This document shows, one piece after another, positions 8,262 through 19,614 of a DNA stretch of 64,000 nt. Each line of letters begins with the position of its first letter. Within the stretch, counting starts at the first letter, position 1. The stretch lies in the NCBI GenBank assembly GCA_963815115.1, contig CAWFFN010000007.1:32001-96000 (forward strand), read 5' to 3'. The DNA is from an uncultured delta proteobacterium (GTDB taxonomy: Bacteria; Desulfobacterota; Binatia; DP-6). The position numbers were made by a program, and so were the translations under genes. The notes under the pieces were generated by a model. It searched no databases. It had not been told where the DNA came from and saw only the letters and a list, made by a program, of their open reading frames with translations.

Positions 8262-10379
8262 TCACGCGCGCCGCTCGAGGACGAGAAGGTTGCGTCCGTC
8301 GGCGCGTACGGCGGCTCCGGCGGCATACTCCGGAGCGGGACCCGGCACGAGCTGGGCCGTGTCCACCACCACCTGCCACCTGGTGCCGAGAGACTCGTCG
8401 GGCAGCCTGAAATCCAGTGGCTCCCAGTGAGCGTTCGCGATCAGAAAGAAGCTCTGATCCTGGATGCGCTCGCCTCGCCGCCCCGGGCTCTGGATCGTGT
8501 CACCGTTCAGGAGGACGGCGAGTGACTTGGCGAATCCGGTCGTCCAGTCGTCCTCCGACATCTCGCCGCCGTCCGGCTTGAACCAGACCAGGTCGCGGCC
8601 GCTCGTGCCCCGGATCGCGCGGCCCTGGAACCAGCGCCGCTGCCGGAACACGGGATGCTCCCGGCGGAGCTGGATCAGCCGCCGGGTGAAGGCGTACAGG
8701 CCGAGATCGCCTGCTTCCCAGTCGAACCACGAGAGTTCGTTGTCCTGGCAATAGGCGTTGTTGTTGCCCTGCTGCGTGCGCCCGAGCTCGTCGCCGCCGA
8801 GCAGCATGGGCACGCCCTGCGACAGGAGCAGCGTGGCGAGCAGGTTGCGTACCTGGCGCGCGCGCAGGCCGCTGATCTTGGGGTCGTCCGTGGGTCCTTC
8901 GACACCGCAGTTCCACGAGCGGTTGTGGCTCTCGCCGTCCCGGTTCTCCTCGCCGTTCGCCTCGTTGTGCTTCTCGTCGTAGGAGACCAGGTCGCGCAGC
9001 GTGAAGCCGTCGTGCGCGGTGACGAAGTTCACGCTGGCCGAGGGCGAGCGGCCCTCCGAGGCGTAGAGGTCCGAGCTGCCGGTGAGACGGGACCCGAACT
9101 CCGCCAGCGTGGCGTCGGCGCCCCGCCAGTAATCACGTACGCAGTCGCGATACTTGCCGTTCCACTCCGACCACAGGGGCGGAAAGTTGCCCACCTGGTA
9201 GCCGCCCTCGCCGAGATCCCAGGGCTCCGCGATCAGCTTGACCTGCGAGAGCACGGGGTCCTGGTTGATGATGTCGAAGAAGGCGCCGAGCCGGTCGACG
9301 TCGTGAAGCTCGCGCGCGAGCGTGGACGCCAGGTCGAAGCGAAACCCGTCCACGTGCAGCTCGAGCACCCAGGAGCGCAGGCTGTCCATGATGAGCTGCA
9401 GCGTGCGCGGATGCGTCATGTCGAGCGTGTTCCCGGTCCCGGTGTAGTCCTGGTAGTACCGGCCATCGACGAGCCGGTAGTAGGCGGCGTTGTCGATCCC
9501 GCGGAAGCACAGCGTCGGCCCGAGCTGGTTGCCCTCGGCGGTGTGGTTGTAGACGACGTCCAGGATCACCTCGATGCCGGCGTCGTGCAGGGTACGGACC
9601 ATGGTCTTGAACTCGGTCACCTGCTGTCCCAGGCCGCCCGTCGCGGCATAGCGCACGTCGGGGGCGAAGAAGCCGATCGAGTTGTATCCCCAGTAGTTGG
9701 TGAGTCCGCGATCGACGAGGTGACGATCGGCGACGAAGTGATGGCAGGGCAGGAGCTCGATCGCGGTGACGCCCAGCATGCGCAGGTACTCGATGATCGG
9801 CGGTGAGGCGAGTCCGGCGTAGGTGCCGCGGAGCGCCTCGGGCACCTGGGGGTGACGCATGGTGAACCCCTTCACGTGCACCTCGTAGATCACGGTCTCG
9901 TCGATCGGCCGCCGCAGCGGGCGATCGCTGCCCCACGAGAAGGCCGGGTCGATCACCACCGACTTGGCGACGAAGGGCGCGCTGTCACGGTCGTCGGGGG
10001 CCAGGTCCTCCTCGTCGCCGCCGACGCGGTATCCGAAGACCGCATCGTGCCAGGACACCATGCGGTCGATCGCCCGGGCGTAGGGATCGAGGAGCAGCTT
10101 GGCGGCATTGAAGCGATGGCCAGCAGCGGGCTCGTAGGGCCCCTCCACGCGGTATCCGTAGCGCAAGCCGGGCCGCGCCTCGGGGAGGTAGCAGTGCCAG
10201 ACCTGGTCGTCACGCTCCTCCAGTCGGACGCGTGCCACCTCGCGATTGCCCTCCGCATCGTCGAACAGACACAGCTCGACGCTCGTCGCGTGCTCCGAGA
10301 ACAGGGCGAAATTGACGCCCGCCCCGTCCCAGGTCGCACCCAGCGGATAGGCCGCTCCCGGCCAGACCTTGACGCTCAA
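8262..10379 (-). CDS. glgX: Glycogen debranching enzyme GlgX/TreX
   Basis: [62 protein letters not shown] start. Confidence 0.95.
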   Translation of the reverse strand: MSVKVWPGAAYPLGATWDGAGVNFALFSEHATSVELCLFDDAEGNREVARVRLEERDDQVWHCYLPEARPGLRYGYRVEGPYEPAAGHRFNAAKLLLDPYARAIDRMVSWHDAVFGYRVGGDEEDLAPDDRDSAPFVAKSVVIDPAFSWGSDRPLRRPIDETVIYEVHVKGFTMRHPQVPEALRGTYAGLASPPIIEYLRMLGVTAIELLPCHHFVADRHLVDRGLTNYWGYNSIGFFAPDVRYAATGGLGQQVTEFKTMVRTLHDAGIEVILDVVYNHTAEGNQLGPTLCFRGIDNAAYYRLVDGRYYQDYTGTGNTLDMTHPRTLQLIMDSLRSWVLELHVDGFRFDLASTLARELHDVDRLGAFFDIINQDPVLSQVKLIAEPWDLGEGGYQVGNFPPLWSEWNGKYRDCVRDYWRGADATLAEFGSRLTGSSDLYASEGRSPSASVNFVTAHDGFTLRDLVSYDEKHNEANGEENRDGESHNRSWNCGVEGPTDDPKISGLRARQVRNLLATLLLSQGVPMLLGGDELGRTQQGNNNAYCQDNELSWFDWEAGDLGLYAFTRRLIQLRREHPVFRQRRWFQGRAIRGTSGRDLVWFKPDGGEMSEDDWTTGFAKSLAVLLNGDTIQSPGRRGERIQDQSFFLIANAHWEPLDFRLPDESLGTRWQVVVDTAQLVPGPAPEYAAGAAVRADGRNLLVLERRA

Positions 10380-10450
10380 CCATCGCAGATTGCCGCAACG
10401 CGTAGCGCCAGGCTAGCCCGAACCTGCATCTGCCGCCGGTTTGAATCTCA

Positions 10451-10466
10451 CGGCACGTCGGTTGCT
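10451..10466 (+). promoter_or_regulatory. sigma54 -24/-12 promoter of kinase-treZ-treY
   Basis: CGGCACGTCGGTTGCT. Confidence 0.7.
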
Positions 10467-10532
10467 TCTGGCAAGACCAGCCACTCCCGACGTCGGGGGC
10501 GCTCGTCGCCGAGGCGCGCACCCTGTGACAGA

Positions 10533-10541
10533 TTGTAGAAA
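10533..10541 (+). promoter_or_regulatory. Candidate enhancer TTGTAGAAA
   Basis: Third exact copy of the 9-mer, in the glgX/kinase spacer. Confidence 0.5.
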
Positions 10542-10585
10542 GCCCCTTTCTCGCCTTCCGGACCGGGTACGCTCGGGAGCTCGGA

Positions 10586-12859
10586 TGCATCTCCCAGGGG
10601 TCGGCGCCGTGGCCCTGGTATCGGCGATCGCGACGATCGCGGCGGGTGCGATGCCGAGCAGCGTGGCCGTCGTGCTCCTGATTGCCGCGGTGGGAGCCGG
10701 CGCCCTCTCGGGGGGCGTCGGGCCGGCCGTCAGTGCGGGGGGCGTTGCGCTGCCCGCCTGGTGGTACATCGGCCTGCGGTTCGACCTCTTCCTGTTCGGC
10801 GCGTTCCTGCTCGGCGGCGTGCTCCTCGCCATGGCGGGCGAGAGTCTGCTTCGCAGCCGGCGGCGCGCGGCCGACCTCGCCGAGGAGCTGGCGCTGACGC
10901 AGCGCAGGCTGGTTCACGAGGCGGAGAGCCATCGCCGCGCCGACCATGCCGAGGCAGCGCTGCGTCACGCACAGGAGCGATTCGACCGGCTCGTCCGCTC
11001 CAACGTCGTGCCCGTGGTGGTCACCGATCATGACGGACGATGCCTGGACGCGAACCCCGCATTCCTGGAGCTCGTCGGGTGCGAAGCGGAGGATCTCGCG
11101 GGCGACGCCGTCCGCTGGCAGGCGCTCTCGTTGCCGGCGGAACGCCTGCTCGACGAGCGCGCCGCCGCCGAGGCAAGGACCCATGGTGCCGCGTCGCCCT
11201 ACGAGCGCACCCTGGTCCGCACGGACGGCCGTCGTGTCCCGGTGCTCGTGGGCGCGCTCGCCATCGCACCCGGCGAGCCAGCGCTGCTCTGGTTCGTGAT
11301 CGACCTCGGTGCCCGCCAAAAGCTGGCGGAGGAGCAGGCGGCCCGCGCCCTGCTCGACGTCATCTTCGAGACGGCGCCCGTCGGTCTCGGGCTCTACGAT
11401 CACGAGCTGCGATTTCTCCGGGTCAATCGCCGGCTCGCCGAGATCAACGGGTTGCCGCCGGAGGCGCAGCTGGGACGGCGCCTCCCGGAGGTGCTGCCGG
11501 AACTCGGCCCCGAGGTGCTCGAGCAGTTCGCGCGCGTCATCGAGACCGGTGAGTCGCTCGAGCACGCGGAAGCGCACGGCCGCACGCCGGCTTCACCCGA
11601 CGAGCGTCATTTCGAGGTGAGCTACTATCCCGTGCGGGCGCCCGGCGCGCCGTTCTTCAGCGTCGCCGCGATCGTCTACGAGGTGACCGATCGCCGGCGG
11701 GCGGAGGAGGAGCGCGAGGCGCTGCTCCGCGAGGCCGAGCGCGCGCGAAGCGAGGCGGAGCTGGCCAGCCGGGCGAAGGACGAGTTCCTCGCGGTCCTCT
11801 CGCACGAGCTGCGGGCCCCTCTGCAAGGCGTGCTGGGGTGGGTGACCCTGCTGCGCGAAGAGCGCCTCGAGGCCAGCCAGCAGGCGCGGGCCCTGCAGGC
11901 GATCGAGCGCAGCACGCGGCTGCAGACCCAGGTCATCAACGACCTGCTGGACGTGTCCCGCATCATCAGCGGCAAGCTGACCGTGGAGGCGCGTCCGCTG
12001 GACGTCACGGCGGCCGTACGCGAGGCGGTCGCCCGCGTCCGGCCGGCCGCGGCCGCGCGCGGGATCACGCTGGACGCCAGCATCGTCGACCGTGGGGTCT
12101 CCCTGGGCGACGCCCAACGCTGGCAGCAGGTGCTGGACAACCTGCTGTCGAATGCGATCAAGTTCACGCCCGCCGGGGGGTCGGATCGCGGTGCGCTGCG
12201 AGCATGCGGGCGAAGAGATCACGATCGTCGTGGAGGACAGCGGCGAGGGGATCGCGCCCGAGTTCCTGCCGCACGTGTTCGAGCGGTTTCGCCAGGCCGA
12301 CGCGAGCAGCTCGCGGCCGCACGGCGGACTCGGTCTCGGCCTGGCGATCGCGCGGCGGCTGGTCGAGCTCCAGGGAGGGCGGATCACCGCGGACAGCGAG
12401 GGCGTGGGACGCGGCGCGAGGTTCACGATCCACCTGCCGATGCACGATCCCGACGCCATCTGTCCCGCGGTCGCGCCGGAGTCGCCGCGCGGCGAGATGA
12501 GGGGACGGCACCTCCTGGTCGTCGAGGACGATCCGGACTCGCGCGAAGCCATCGCGCTGGCCCTCGAGCTGCACGGCGGACACGTGCGAGCCGCCGGATC
12601 CGTCGACGAGGCCCTCGCCCTGCTCGACGACCCGCTCGACGCCGTCCTGAGCGATCTCTCGATGCCGGGGAAGGACGGCTATGCGCTGCTCGAGCGGCTC
12701 CGGGCTCGCGGCGTCGATGCGCCCGTCGTGGCCGTCAGCGGCTTCGCGACGCCGGAGGATCGGGAGCGCGCGCTCGCGGCCGGCTTCAGCGCCCACCTGG
12801 CGAAGCCGGTCGACGTCGACGTGCTGCTCAACACCGTCGCCAGGCTGCTCGGGCGCTGA
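10586..12859 (+). CDS. Membrane hybrid sensor kinase (TM-PAS-PAS-HisKA-HATPase-REC), one apparent frameshift near 12175-12181
   Basis: KDEFLAVLSHELRAPL and NLLSNAIKFTP in one frame; EDSGEGI, GGLGLGLAI and the REC domain in the 12092..12859 frame. The break lies in a G run. Confidence 0.85.
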
Positions 12860-12866
12860 ACGACCG

Positions 12867-14711
12867 ATGAGGCGTGCGCACGACATGCCATTCGGCGCCG
12901 CGCTCTGCGCGGATGGCGGCGTGGCGTTTCGCTTGTGGGCTCCGGGAGCCCGGCGGGTCGACGTGCGACTCGCCGGGAGCGCCGGCCGGCCGATCCCGAT
13001 GACCGGCCCGGACGCGGGCTGGTACGTCGCGCGCAGCGACACCGCCGGTGCCGGCACGCTCTACCAGTTCGTCATCGACGGCGAGCTCGCGGTGCCCGAC
13101 CCTGCGTCCCGCTTCCAGCCGCGTGACGTGCACGGCCCGAGCGAGGTCGTCGATCCCACCGCCTTCGACTGGCACGACACGGCGTGGCATGGACGCCCGT
13201 GGCACGAGAGCGTGCTCTACGAGCTCCACCTGGGCACGTTCACGCCCGCCGGAACGTATGGGGGGGCGGCCGCGCGCCTCGACTACCTGGCCGACCTCGG
13301 CATCACCGCGGTGGAGGTGATGCCGCTCGCCGAGTGCCCCGGGGCGCGCAACTGGGGCTACGACGGCGTGCTCCCGTTCGCGCCCGAGCACACCTACGGG
13401 CGACCCGAGGAGCTGAAGGCCTTCGTCCAGGCGGCGCACGATCGCGGCCTCATGGTCTTCGTCGACGTCGTCTACAATCACTTCGGTCCGGAGGGGAATC
13501 ATCTCCACCGCTATGCGCCGCAGTTCTTCACCGAGCGCCACGCCACCCCGTGGGGGGCGGCCATCGACTTCGACGGCCCGCACAGCCGCACGGTGCGCGA
13601 CTACTTCATCCACAATGCGCTCTACTGGATCGAGGAGTTTCACGTCGACGGGCTGCGCCTCGACGCCGTGCATGCGATCCACGACGACAGCAGGCCCGAC
13701 ATCCTCGCCGAGCTGGCGGCGGCCGTGCACGGCGCAGCGCCGGACCGCCGCGTGCATCTCGTGCTCGAGAACGACGACAACACGGCGCGATATCTCGAGC
13801 GCGACGCCGCCGGCAGGGCGCGGGCGTACGCGGCCCAGTGGAGCGACGACGTCCACCACGTCCTGCACGTGCTGACGACCGGAGAGACGGGCGGCTACTA
13901 CGCCGACCATGCCGCCGCGGCGCGTGCCCGGCTCGGCCGCACGCTCGCCGAGGGCTTCGACTACCAGGGCGAGCACTCGCCACACCGCGGCCGGCGCCGC
14001 GGGCAGCCGAGCGCCCACCTGCCGCCCACCGCCTTCGTCTCGTTCCTTCAGAACCACGATCAGATCGGCAATCGCGCCATGGGCGAGCGCATCGGTTCGC
14101 TGGCGCCGGCGGCGGCCCTTCGTGCCGCCGTCGCGATCGTGCTCCTGTCGCCCTCGATCCCGCTGCTCTTCATGGGGGAGGAGTGGAACGCGCCCGAGCC
14201 GTTCGTCTTCTTCTGCGACGTCGGACCGGAGCTGGCCGATGCGGTGCGAGAAGGCCGCCGGCGAGAGTTCGCGCACTTCCCGGAGTTCGCCGACGAGGCC
14301 GCACGAGCCCGGATTCCGGATCCGCTCGCGCTCGCGACGTACGAGAGCGCCAAGCTCGACTGGTCGCTGCTCTCCGAGCCCGCGCACGGCGCGTGGCTCG
14401 ATCACCATCGTGCGCTGCTGGCCATTCGCCGGCGCGAGATCGTGCCTCGCCTCGCGGGATTGGCGAGGGGCAACGCGGAGCACGCGGTGCACGGCGGCAA
14501 GGTCGTCGAGGTGCGCTGGCGGCTCCGGGAGGGCGCGGTGCTGCAGCTCCTCGCATGGCTCGGGGCGGAGCCCATCGACGGTCTGGCGCTGCGGCTCGCC
14601 GGACGCGCGCTCCACTCGACCGCGCCCGGCGTCGTCGCGGCCGGAGAGATTCACGCGCTGCCGCCGTGGTTCGTGAGCTTCTCGCTGGCGGCGCCCGCGG
14701 GGGCGGGGTGA
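12867..14711 (+). CDS. treZ: Malto-oligosyltrehalose trehalohydrolase
   Basis: FRLWAP, PDPASRFQPRDVHGPS, NWGYDGV, DVVYNHFGPEGN, DGLRLDAVHAI, LQNHDQIGNRA. Confidence 0.95.
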   Translation: MRRAHDMPFGAALCADGGVAFRLWAPGARRVDVRLAGSAGRPIPMTGPDAGWYVARSDTAGAGTLYQFVIDGELAVPDPASRFQPRDVHGPSEVVDPTAFDWHDTAWHGRPWHESVLYELHLGTFTPAGTYGGAAARLDYLADLGITAVEVMPLAECPGARNWGYDGVLPFAPEHTYGRPEELKAFVQAAHDRGLMVFVDVVYNHFGPEGNHLHRYAPQFFTERHATPWGAAIDFDGPHSRTVRDYFIHNALYWIEEFHVDGLRLDAVHAIHDDSRPDILAELAAAVHGAAPDRRVHLVLENDDNTARYLERDAAGRARAYAAQWSDDVHHVLHVLTTGETGGYYADHAAAARARLGRTLAEGFDYQGEHSPHRGRRRGQPSAHLPPTAFVSFLQNHDQIGNRAMGERIGSLAPAAALRAAVAIVLLSPSIPLLFMGEEWNAPEPFVFFCDVGPELADAVREGRRREFAHFPEFADEAARARIPDPLALATYESAKLDWSLLSEPAHGAWLDHHRALLAIRRREIVPRLAGLARGNAEHAVHGGKVVEVRWRLREGAVLQLLAWLGAEPIDGLALRLAGRALHSTAPGVVAAGEIHALPPWFVSFSLAAPAGAG

Positions 14712-17654
14712 CGGCGGATCTCGACGAGGCCGCGGCCTCCTCGTCGTCGAGCAGCCCGCGCTCCCGTTCCGAAGGAGCGGCGGGGGCAGCGAGCGGGCTG
14801 GCGCTCCCGCGCTCGACCTATCGCCTCCAGTTGAGTCCCCACTTCACGCTCCGGAACGCCCTCGACGCCGTTCCCTATCTCGACGCGCTCGGCATCAGCC
14901 ACGTCTATGCCTCGCCCTTCCTGAAGGCGCGCCCCGGCAGCGAGCACGGCTACGACATCACCGATCACAACGCTCTCAACCCGGAGATCGGCGACTGGGA
15001 CGACTTCGTACGCTTCAGCGATGCCCTGGGCGCCCGCGCGATGGGGCTGATTCTCGATTTCGTTCCCAACCACATGGGGATCGGCAAGGCGGACAACGCC
15101 TGGTGGCTGGACGTCCTCGAGTGGGGCAGGGCGTCGCCCTACAGCGACTACTTCGACATCGACTGGATGCCCGCGCAGCCGTGGCTGAGGGGCAGGGTGC
15201 TGCTTCCCATCCTCGGGGACCACTACGGCGTCGTCCTGACGCGCGGCGAGCTGACCCTCCGGTTCGCTGCCGAGGAGGGCACGCTCAGCGTCTGGTATCA
15301 CGACCACCGGCTGCCGCTGCGCCCCGGCTCGTACGCCGCCGTGATCCGGCGCGGCCTCGGAGCCGGGCGGGCCGGTGCCGACGGGGCCGAGTCCACCTTC
15401 GAGCGGATCGCACGTGATCTTGGTCGCGCCGACCGGCCGACCCGGCGGCGCGAGGAAGCGCACCGCCAGGTGGCGGCGCTCCAGGCCGATCTCGGCGCGC
15501 TCTGTGCCGGCCATGCCGAGGCGGCCCGGTTCATGGCCGACGCGACCGCTGCATTCAACGGCACCGCCGGCGATGCGGAGAGCTTCCGGGCGCTGCACGC
15601 GTTGCTCGAGCGCCAGCACTACCGGCTGGCCTTCTGGCGGGTCGGCGCCGACGAGATCAACTACCGGCGCTTCTTCAACATCAACGAGCTCGCCGGCATT
15701 CGCATGGAGAACCGCACGCTCTTCGACGCCGCACACCGCCTGCTCGGTCGCATGATCCGGGAAGGCCGCGTGCAGGGCATCCGACTCGACCACATCGACG
15801 GCTTGTTCGATCCCCGGGGCTACTGCCGCAAGCTGCAGGCGTTCGCACGGGCGAACGCCTCGCATGGCGATCCGGACGGACGGCGGCGATTCTACGTCGT
15901 GGTCGAGAAGATTCTCGCGCATCACGAGACGCTGCGATCGGACTGGGAGATTGCCGGCACGACGGGGTACGATTTCACGAGCCTGGTCAACGGTCTCTTC
16001 GTCGATCCCGCCAGCGAGAGCACCTGGGACCTGCTCTATCGCGACTTCGTCGGCGATCGGGGGCCGTTCCGGGACATGGTGCTGGCGGCCAAGGACACGG
16101 TGATCGAGACGCTGCTGTCGGGTGAGCTGAACGTCCTCGCCAACGCGCTCGAGCGCATCGCCGAACGGGACTGGGGCACGCGCGACTACACGATGAAGCG
16201 CCTGCGCGATGCGCTGAAGGCCGTCGTGTCGTACTTCCCCGTCTATCGCACGTACGTCAGCGAGCGCGAGACCTCGGCGGAGGATCGGCGCGACATCGAC
16301 TGGGCGGTCGAGCAGGCCCGGCGGAGCTGGCGCGGAGCCGACCGCGAGGTCCTGGACTTCGTGCACGACGCGCTCACCGGCGATCTCGCCGGGCGCGGGA
16401 AGTCGTTCCGGCGCAGCGAGGTGCTGCGCTTCGCCATGCGCTTCCAGCAGTACACCGGTCCGATCATGGCCAAATCGATGGAGGACACTGCCTTCTATCG
16501 CTATCCCCGTCTGCTCTCTCTCAACGAGGTGGGCAGCGATCCGCGGCAATTCGGGGTGTCGGTGGCGGCGTTCCACCATGCCAACCAGCAACGCGCGCGG
16601 GACTGGCCGCATTCGATGCTCACGACCGCCACCCACGACACCAAGCGGGGGGAGGATGCGCGGCTCCGCATCGATGCCCTGTCGGAGATGCCGGCGCAAT
16701 GGCGGCCGCGGCGTGCGGCGCTGGTCCGAGCTCGCCCGTTCCGTGCGGCGCGAGATCGAGGGCTCGCCCGCGCCGTCGCCGGTCGACGAGTTCATGATCT
16801 ACCAGACGTTGCTCGGCGCATGGCCCGTGGAGCTCCTCGGTGGATCGCCGGATCGTGCGGCGCTCGCCGGCTTTCTCGCCCGGATCGAGCGCTACGTGAT
16901 CAAGGCGGTGCGCGAGGCCAAGGTCGTGAGCAGCTGGGAGAATCCCGCGGAGGCGTACGAGGCGGCCTGCATCGGGTTCGTGCGCGGTATCTTGAACCCG
17001 GCCCATCCCGTCCTGGCCGATCTCTCCGGGTTTGCCGAGCGGGTCGCGTTCGTCGGCATGCTGAGCGGACTCGCGCAGCTCGTGCTGCGGCTGACCGCCC
17101 CCGGGGTTGCCGACACGTATCAGGGCACCGAGCTGTGGGACCTGAGCCTCGTCGACCCCGACAACCGCGCGCCGGTCGACTTCGCCGCACGAAGCCGGCT
17201 GCTGGAGGAGCAGCAGCCGGCCGCGAGCGTGGAGGAGGTGAGCGCTGCGCTCGCGACCTGGTCGGACGGCCGGATCAAGATGCTGGTCCTGCATCGGCTG
17301 CTTCGGCTGCGCCGTCGCCTGGCCGAGGTCTGGCTGGAGGGGAGCTACGACTCGCTCGCCACCTCCGGCGCGCACGCGGACCGCCTCGTGGCCTTCGCCC
17401 GACGGCATGGCGCCGAGCGCATCGTCGTCGTCGCGGGGCGGCTGTTCGGCACGCTCCTGGCGACCGATGCGCGTCGCTATGACGGGAGCGTGTGGGAGGA
17501 CAGTGCGGTCGTGCGGGAGCCGGATCTCGTCGGCACCTGGCAGGACACCCTCACCGGCGCGCCGGTCGAGTTCGCGGAGGGCGGCTCCGGCCTGCCCGCG
17601 GCCGGGGTCCTGTCCGTGCTGCCGGTCGCGGTGCTGGTGCGCGGGCTGGAGTGA
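14708..17654 (+). CDS. treY: Malto-oligosyltrehalose synthase, one apparent frameshift near 16700-16715
   Basis: PRSTYRLQL, GSEHGYDITDH, DFVPNHMG, INYRRFFNINELAG, GIRLDHIDGL, TATHDTKRGED. C-terminus PGVADTYQGTELWDLSLVDPDNR is in a second frame. Confidence 0.9.
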
Positions 17655-17659
17655 GCCCG

Positions 17660-18901
17660 TCAGGCGGCGGCCGCGGTCTCGCCTGCGGCCAGCGTCACGA
17701 CGGTGATCTCCCGCGGTACGGCGATGCGCACCCGCTGGCCGCTCGTGCCGAGCCCGCTGTTCACGTGCAGCACGGAGGAACCGCTGGTGAAGGTCCCGGC
17801 ATCGAGGTGGGTCATGAGCAGGCGGGCCGGGTTCACGGCGGGCAGCCCCGGTATGGCCACCTGGCCGCCGTGGGTATGGCCCGCGAGGGTCAGCGGGACG
17901 CCGAGGCCGGCGGCGGTCGCGAATGCCGCGGGCTGGTGCACCAGCACGACGCAGGGCTCGCCATCCGGAACCTGGGCGTGGAGGCGCGGCAGCATGTCCG
18001 CGCTCTGCGGGCCGGGCCGATCCTCGAGGCCGATCAGGTGGAAGGTCGCGCCGCGCACGTTCACCCGCACGGCCTCGTCGCGCAGCAGCCGCCAGTCGGT
18101 GTGGGTGCGCAGCGCACCCGCGACCCGATCGGAGCCGGCGTAGCGATCGTGGTTGCCGAGCACGGCGTACACGCCATGACGGGCGCGGAGGCGCGCCAGC
18201 TCTGGCGTCCAGTGCGCCAGATCGGTGGTCGGCGAATCGATCAGGTCGCCGGACACGCAGACGACGTCCGGGTCGAGCGCGTTCACCCGATCGATCGCCT
18301 CGCGCAACGTCTGGCGATGCGCGGTCGGCCCGAGATGCAGGTCGCTGATGTGCACGATGCGCACGCCGTCGACCGTCGATGCCAAGCCCGGCATGGGCAC
18401 GTCGAGGCGGGTGGTGCGCAGCCTCCGGTGACCCCGGGTGTAGCCCCAGGCGGCGATCGCCATTCCCACGGTGACGGCCGCAACCGCCAGCGGTGCGAAG
18501 AGCGGCCCGAAGTAGGTCCCGGCCTGGGCGTCCAGCGCGCCGGCCTGCGCCGGCAGCGCGCCGACGGCCGCCCCGGCGATGAGCCAGGCCCCGGCGACGA
18601 GGCCGAGTGCACCCGCGCCCGCCGCGGCCACCACGCCACCCGCCAGGACGACGCCGCCGGCGACGTGGAGCGCGGGCGCCGAGTGCCGCTCGCGGTCGAA
18701 GGCCTCTGCCGCGAGGCGGTTGAACAGAGTGAGCCCGGCGAGAGCGGCCAGGTGCACGAGCCAGGAGCCGGGCGCGCCGCCGAGCCAGCAGGCGAGGGTC
18801 CACTCCCCGAGCGCGCCCGCGAGCGCCACGGTCGTCCAGAAGTTGCCGAAGATGAGCTGCGCGAACCAGGTCACGTGTTGTCGAGCCAGCGCGGCGTGCA
18901 A
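17660..18901 (-). CDS. Membrane-bound metallophosphoesterase (YkuE/YaeI-like)
   Basis: N-terminal TMs; SDLHLG, GDLID, LGNHD, LAGHTHGGQ. Start is uncertain. Confidence 0.9.
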   Translation of the reverse strand: MHAALARQHVTWFAQLIFGNFWTTVALAGALGEWTLACWLGGAPGSWLVHLAALAGLTLFNRLAAEAFDRERHSAPALHVAGGVVLAGGVVAAAGAGALGLVAGAWLIAGAAVGALPAQAGALDAQAGTYFGPLFAPLAVAAVTVGMAIAAWGYTRGHRRLRTTRLDVPMPGLASTVDGVRIVHISDLHLGPTAHRQTLREAIDRVNALDPDVVCVSGDLIDSPTTDLAHWTPELARLRARHGVYAVLGNHDRYAGSDRVAGALRTHTDWRLLRDEAVRVNVRGATFHLIGLEDRPGPQSADMLPRLHAQVPDGEPCVVLVHQPAAFATAAGLGVPLTLAGHTHGGQVAIPGLPAVNPARLLMTHLDAGTFTSGSSVLHVNSGLGTSGQRVRIAVPREITVVTLAAGETAAAA

Positions 18902-19089
18902 GTTCGCATCGTGGAGTTCATAGCCGAGCGGCCGGACCGGGGCGAGGGCAGGCTGGCATCATCTAAGGCTGGTCCGGTGCCGCCGGACGCACGACGTGCC
19001 GCGGGCATATAGACCTGACGGCCGATCGCTCGGTCCTGTGTCGGTACGCCGTGCCGATTCGTCATCGAGATCTCTGCTACTCTTCCCGG

Positions 19090-19458
19090 ATGGAGCGGAT
19101 GTTCGCCGTCCTGGGCGCCCTCTCGGCTGGTCTGGCGGTCGTGGCGGGCGCCTTCGCCGCGCACGGGCTGCGGGCCCGCATCACGCCCGAGCTGCTGGCG
19201 GTGTTCGAGACCGGCGCGCGATATCAGATGTATCACGCGCTCGGGCTGCTGGCCGTGGCGTGGGCGCTCGGTCGCTGGCCGGCGAGCCCCGCCGGAGCGG
19301 CGGGGTGGCTCTTCGTCGCCGGCACGGTGCTCTTCTCGGGGAGTCTCTATCTGCTCGCGCTCGGCAGCCCGAGCTGGCTCGGCGCGGTGACGCCGTTCGG
19401 CGGCCTGTGCTTCATCGCGGGCTGGGCGGTGCTGGCGTGGGCCGCGGGCCGGAGCTAG
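19090..19458 (+). CDS. DUF423 (YgdD/TMEM256) membrane protein
   Basis: AGAFAAHGL, FETGARYQMYHALGL, GTVLFSGSLYLL, LGAVTPFGG. Confidence 0.95.
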   Translation: MERMFAVLGALSAGLAVVAGAFAAHGLRARITPELLAVFETGARYQMYHALGLLAVAWALGRWPASPAGAAGWLFVAGTVLFSGSLYLLALGSPSWLGAVTPFGGLCFIAGWAVLAWAAGRS

Positions 19459-19614
19459 CGCTCGACGCGACGTCTCGATGGCGGTCGTTACCGTCACGCG
19501 CAGCCCGTGCCGGACGGCCGCTTCCGCGGTCGCCCGCCGCGGACAGGCCGCCGACCTGTACCAGCTTCGCGACCACCGCGTCGACGACGCCCGCGAGTTG
19601 CGGGACGACGCGGC

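Noticed and set aside
10394-10410. sigma54 promoter for glgX (TGGCGCTACGCGTTGC)
   Set aside because: GG-to-GC spacing is 11, not 10. It is only viable if there is an indel error.
13184-17482. 1432-aa ORF suggesting a TreZ-TreY fusion
   Set aside because: Only 14708 to ~16705 is TreY. The flanks are off-frame readings.
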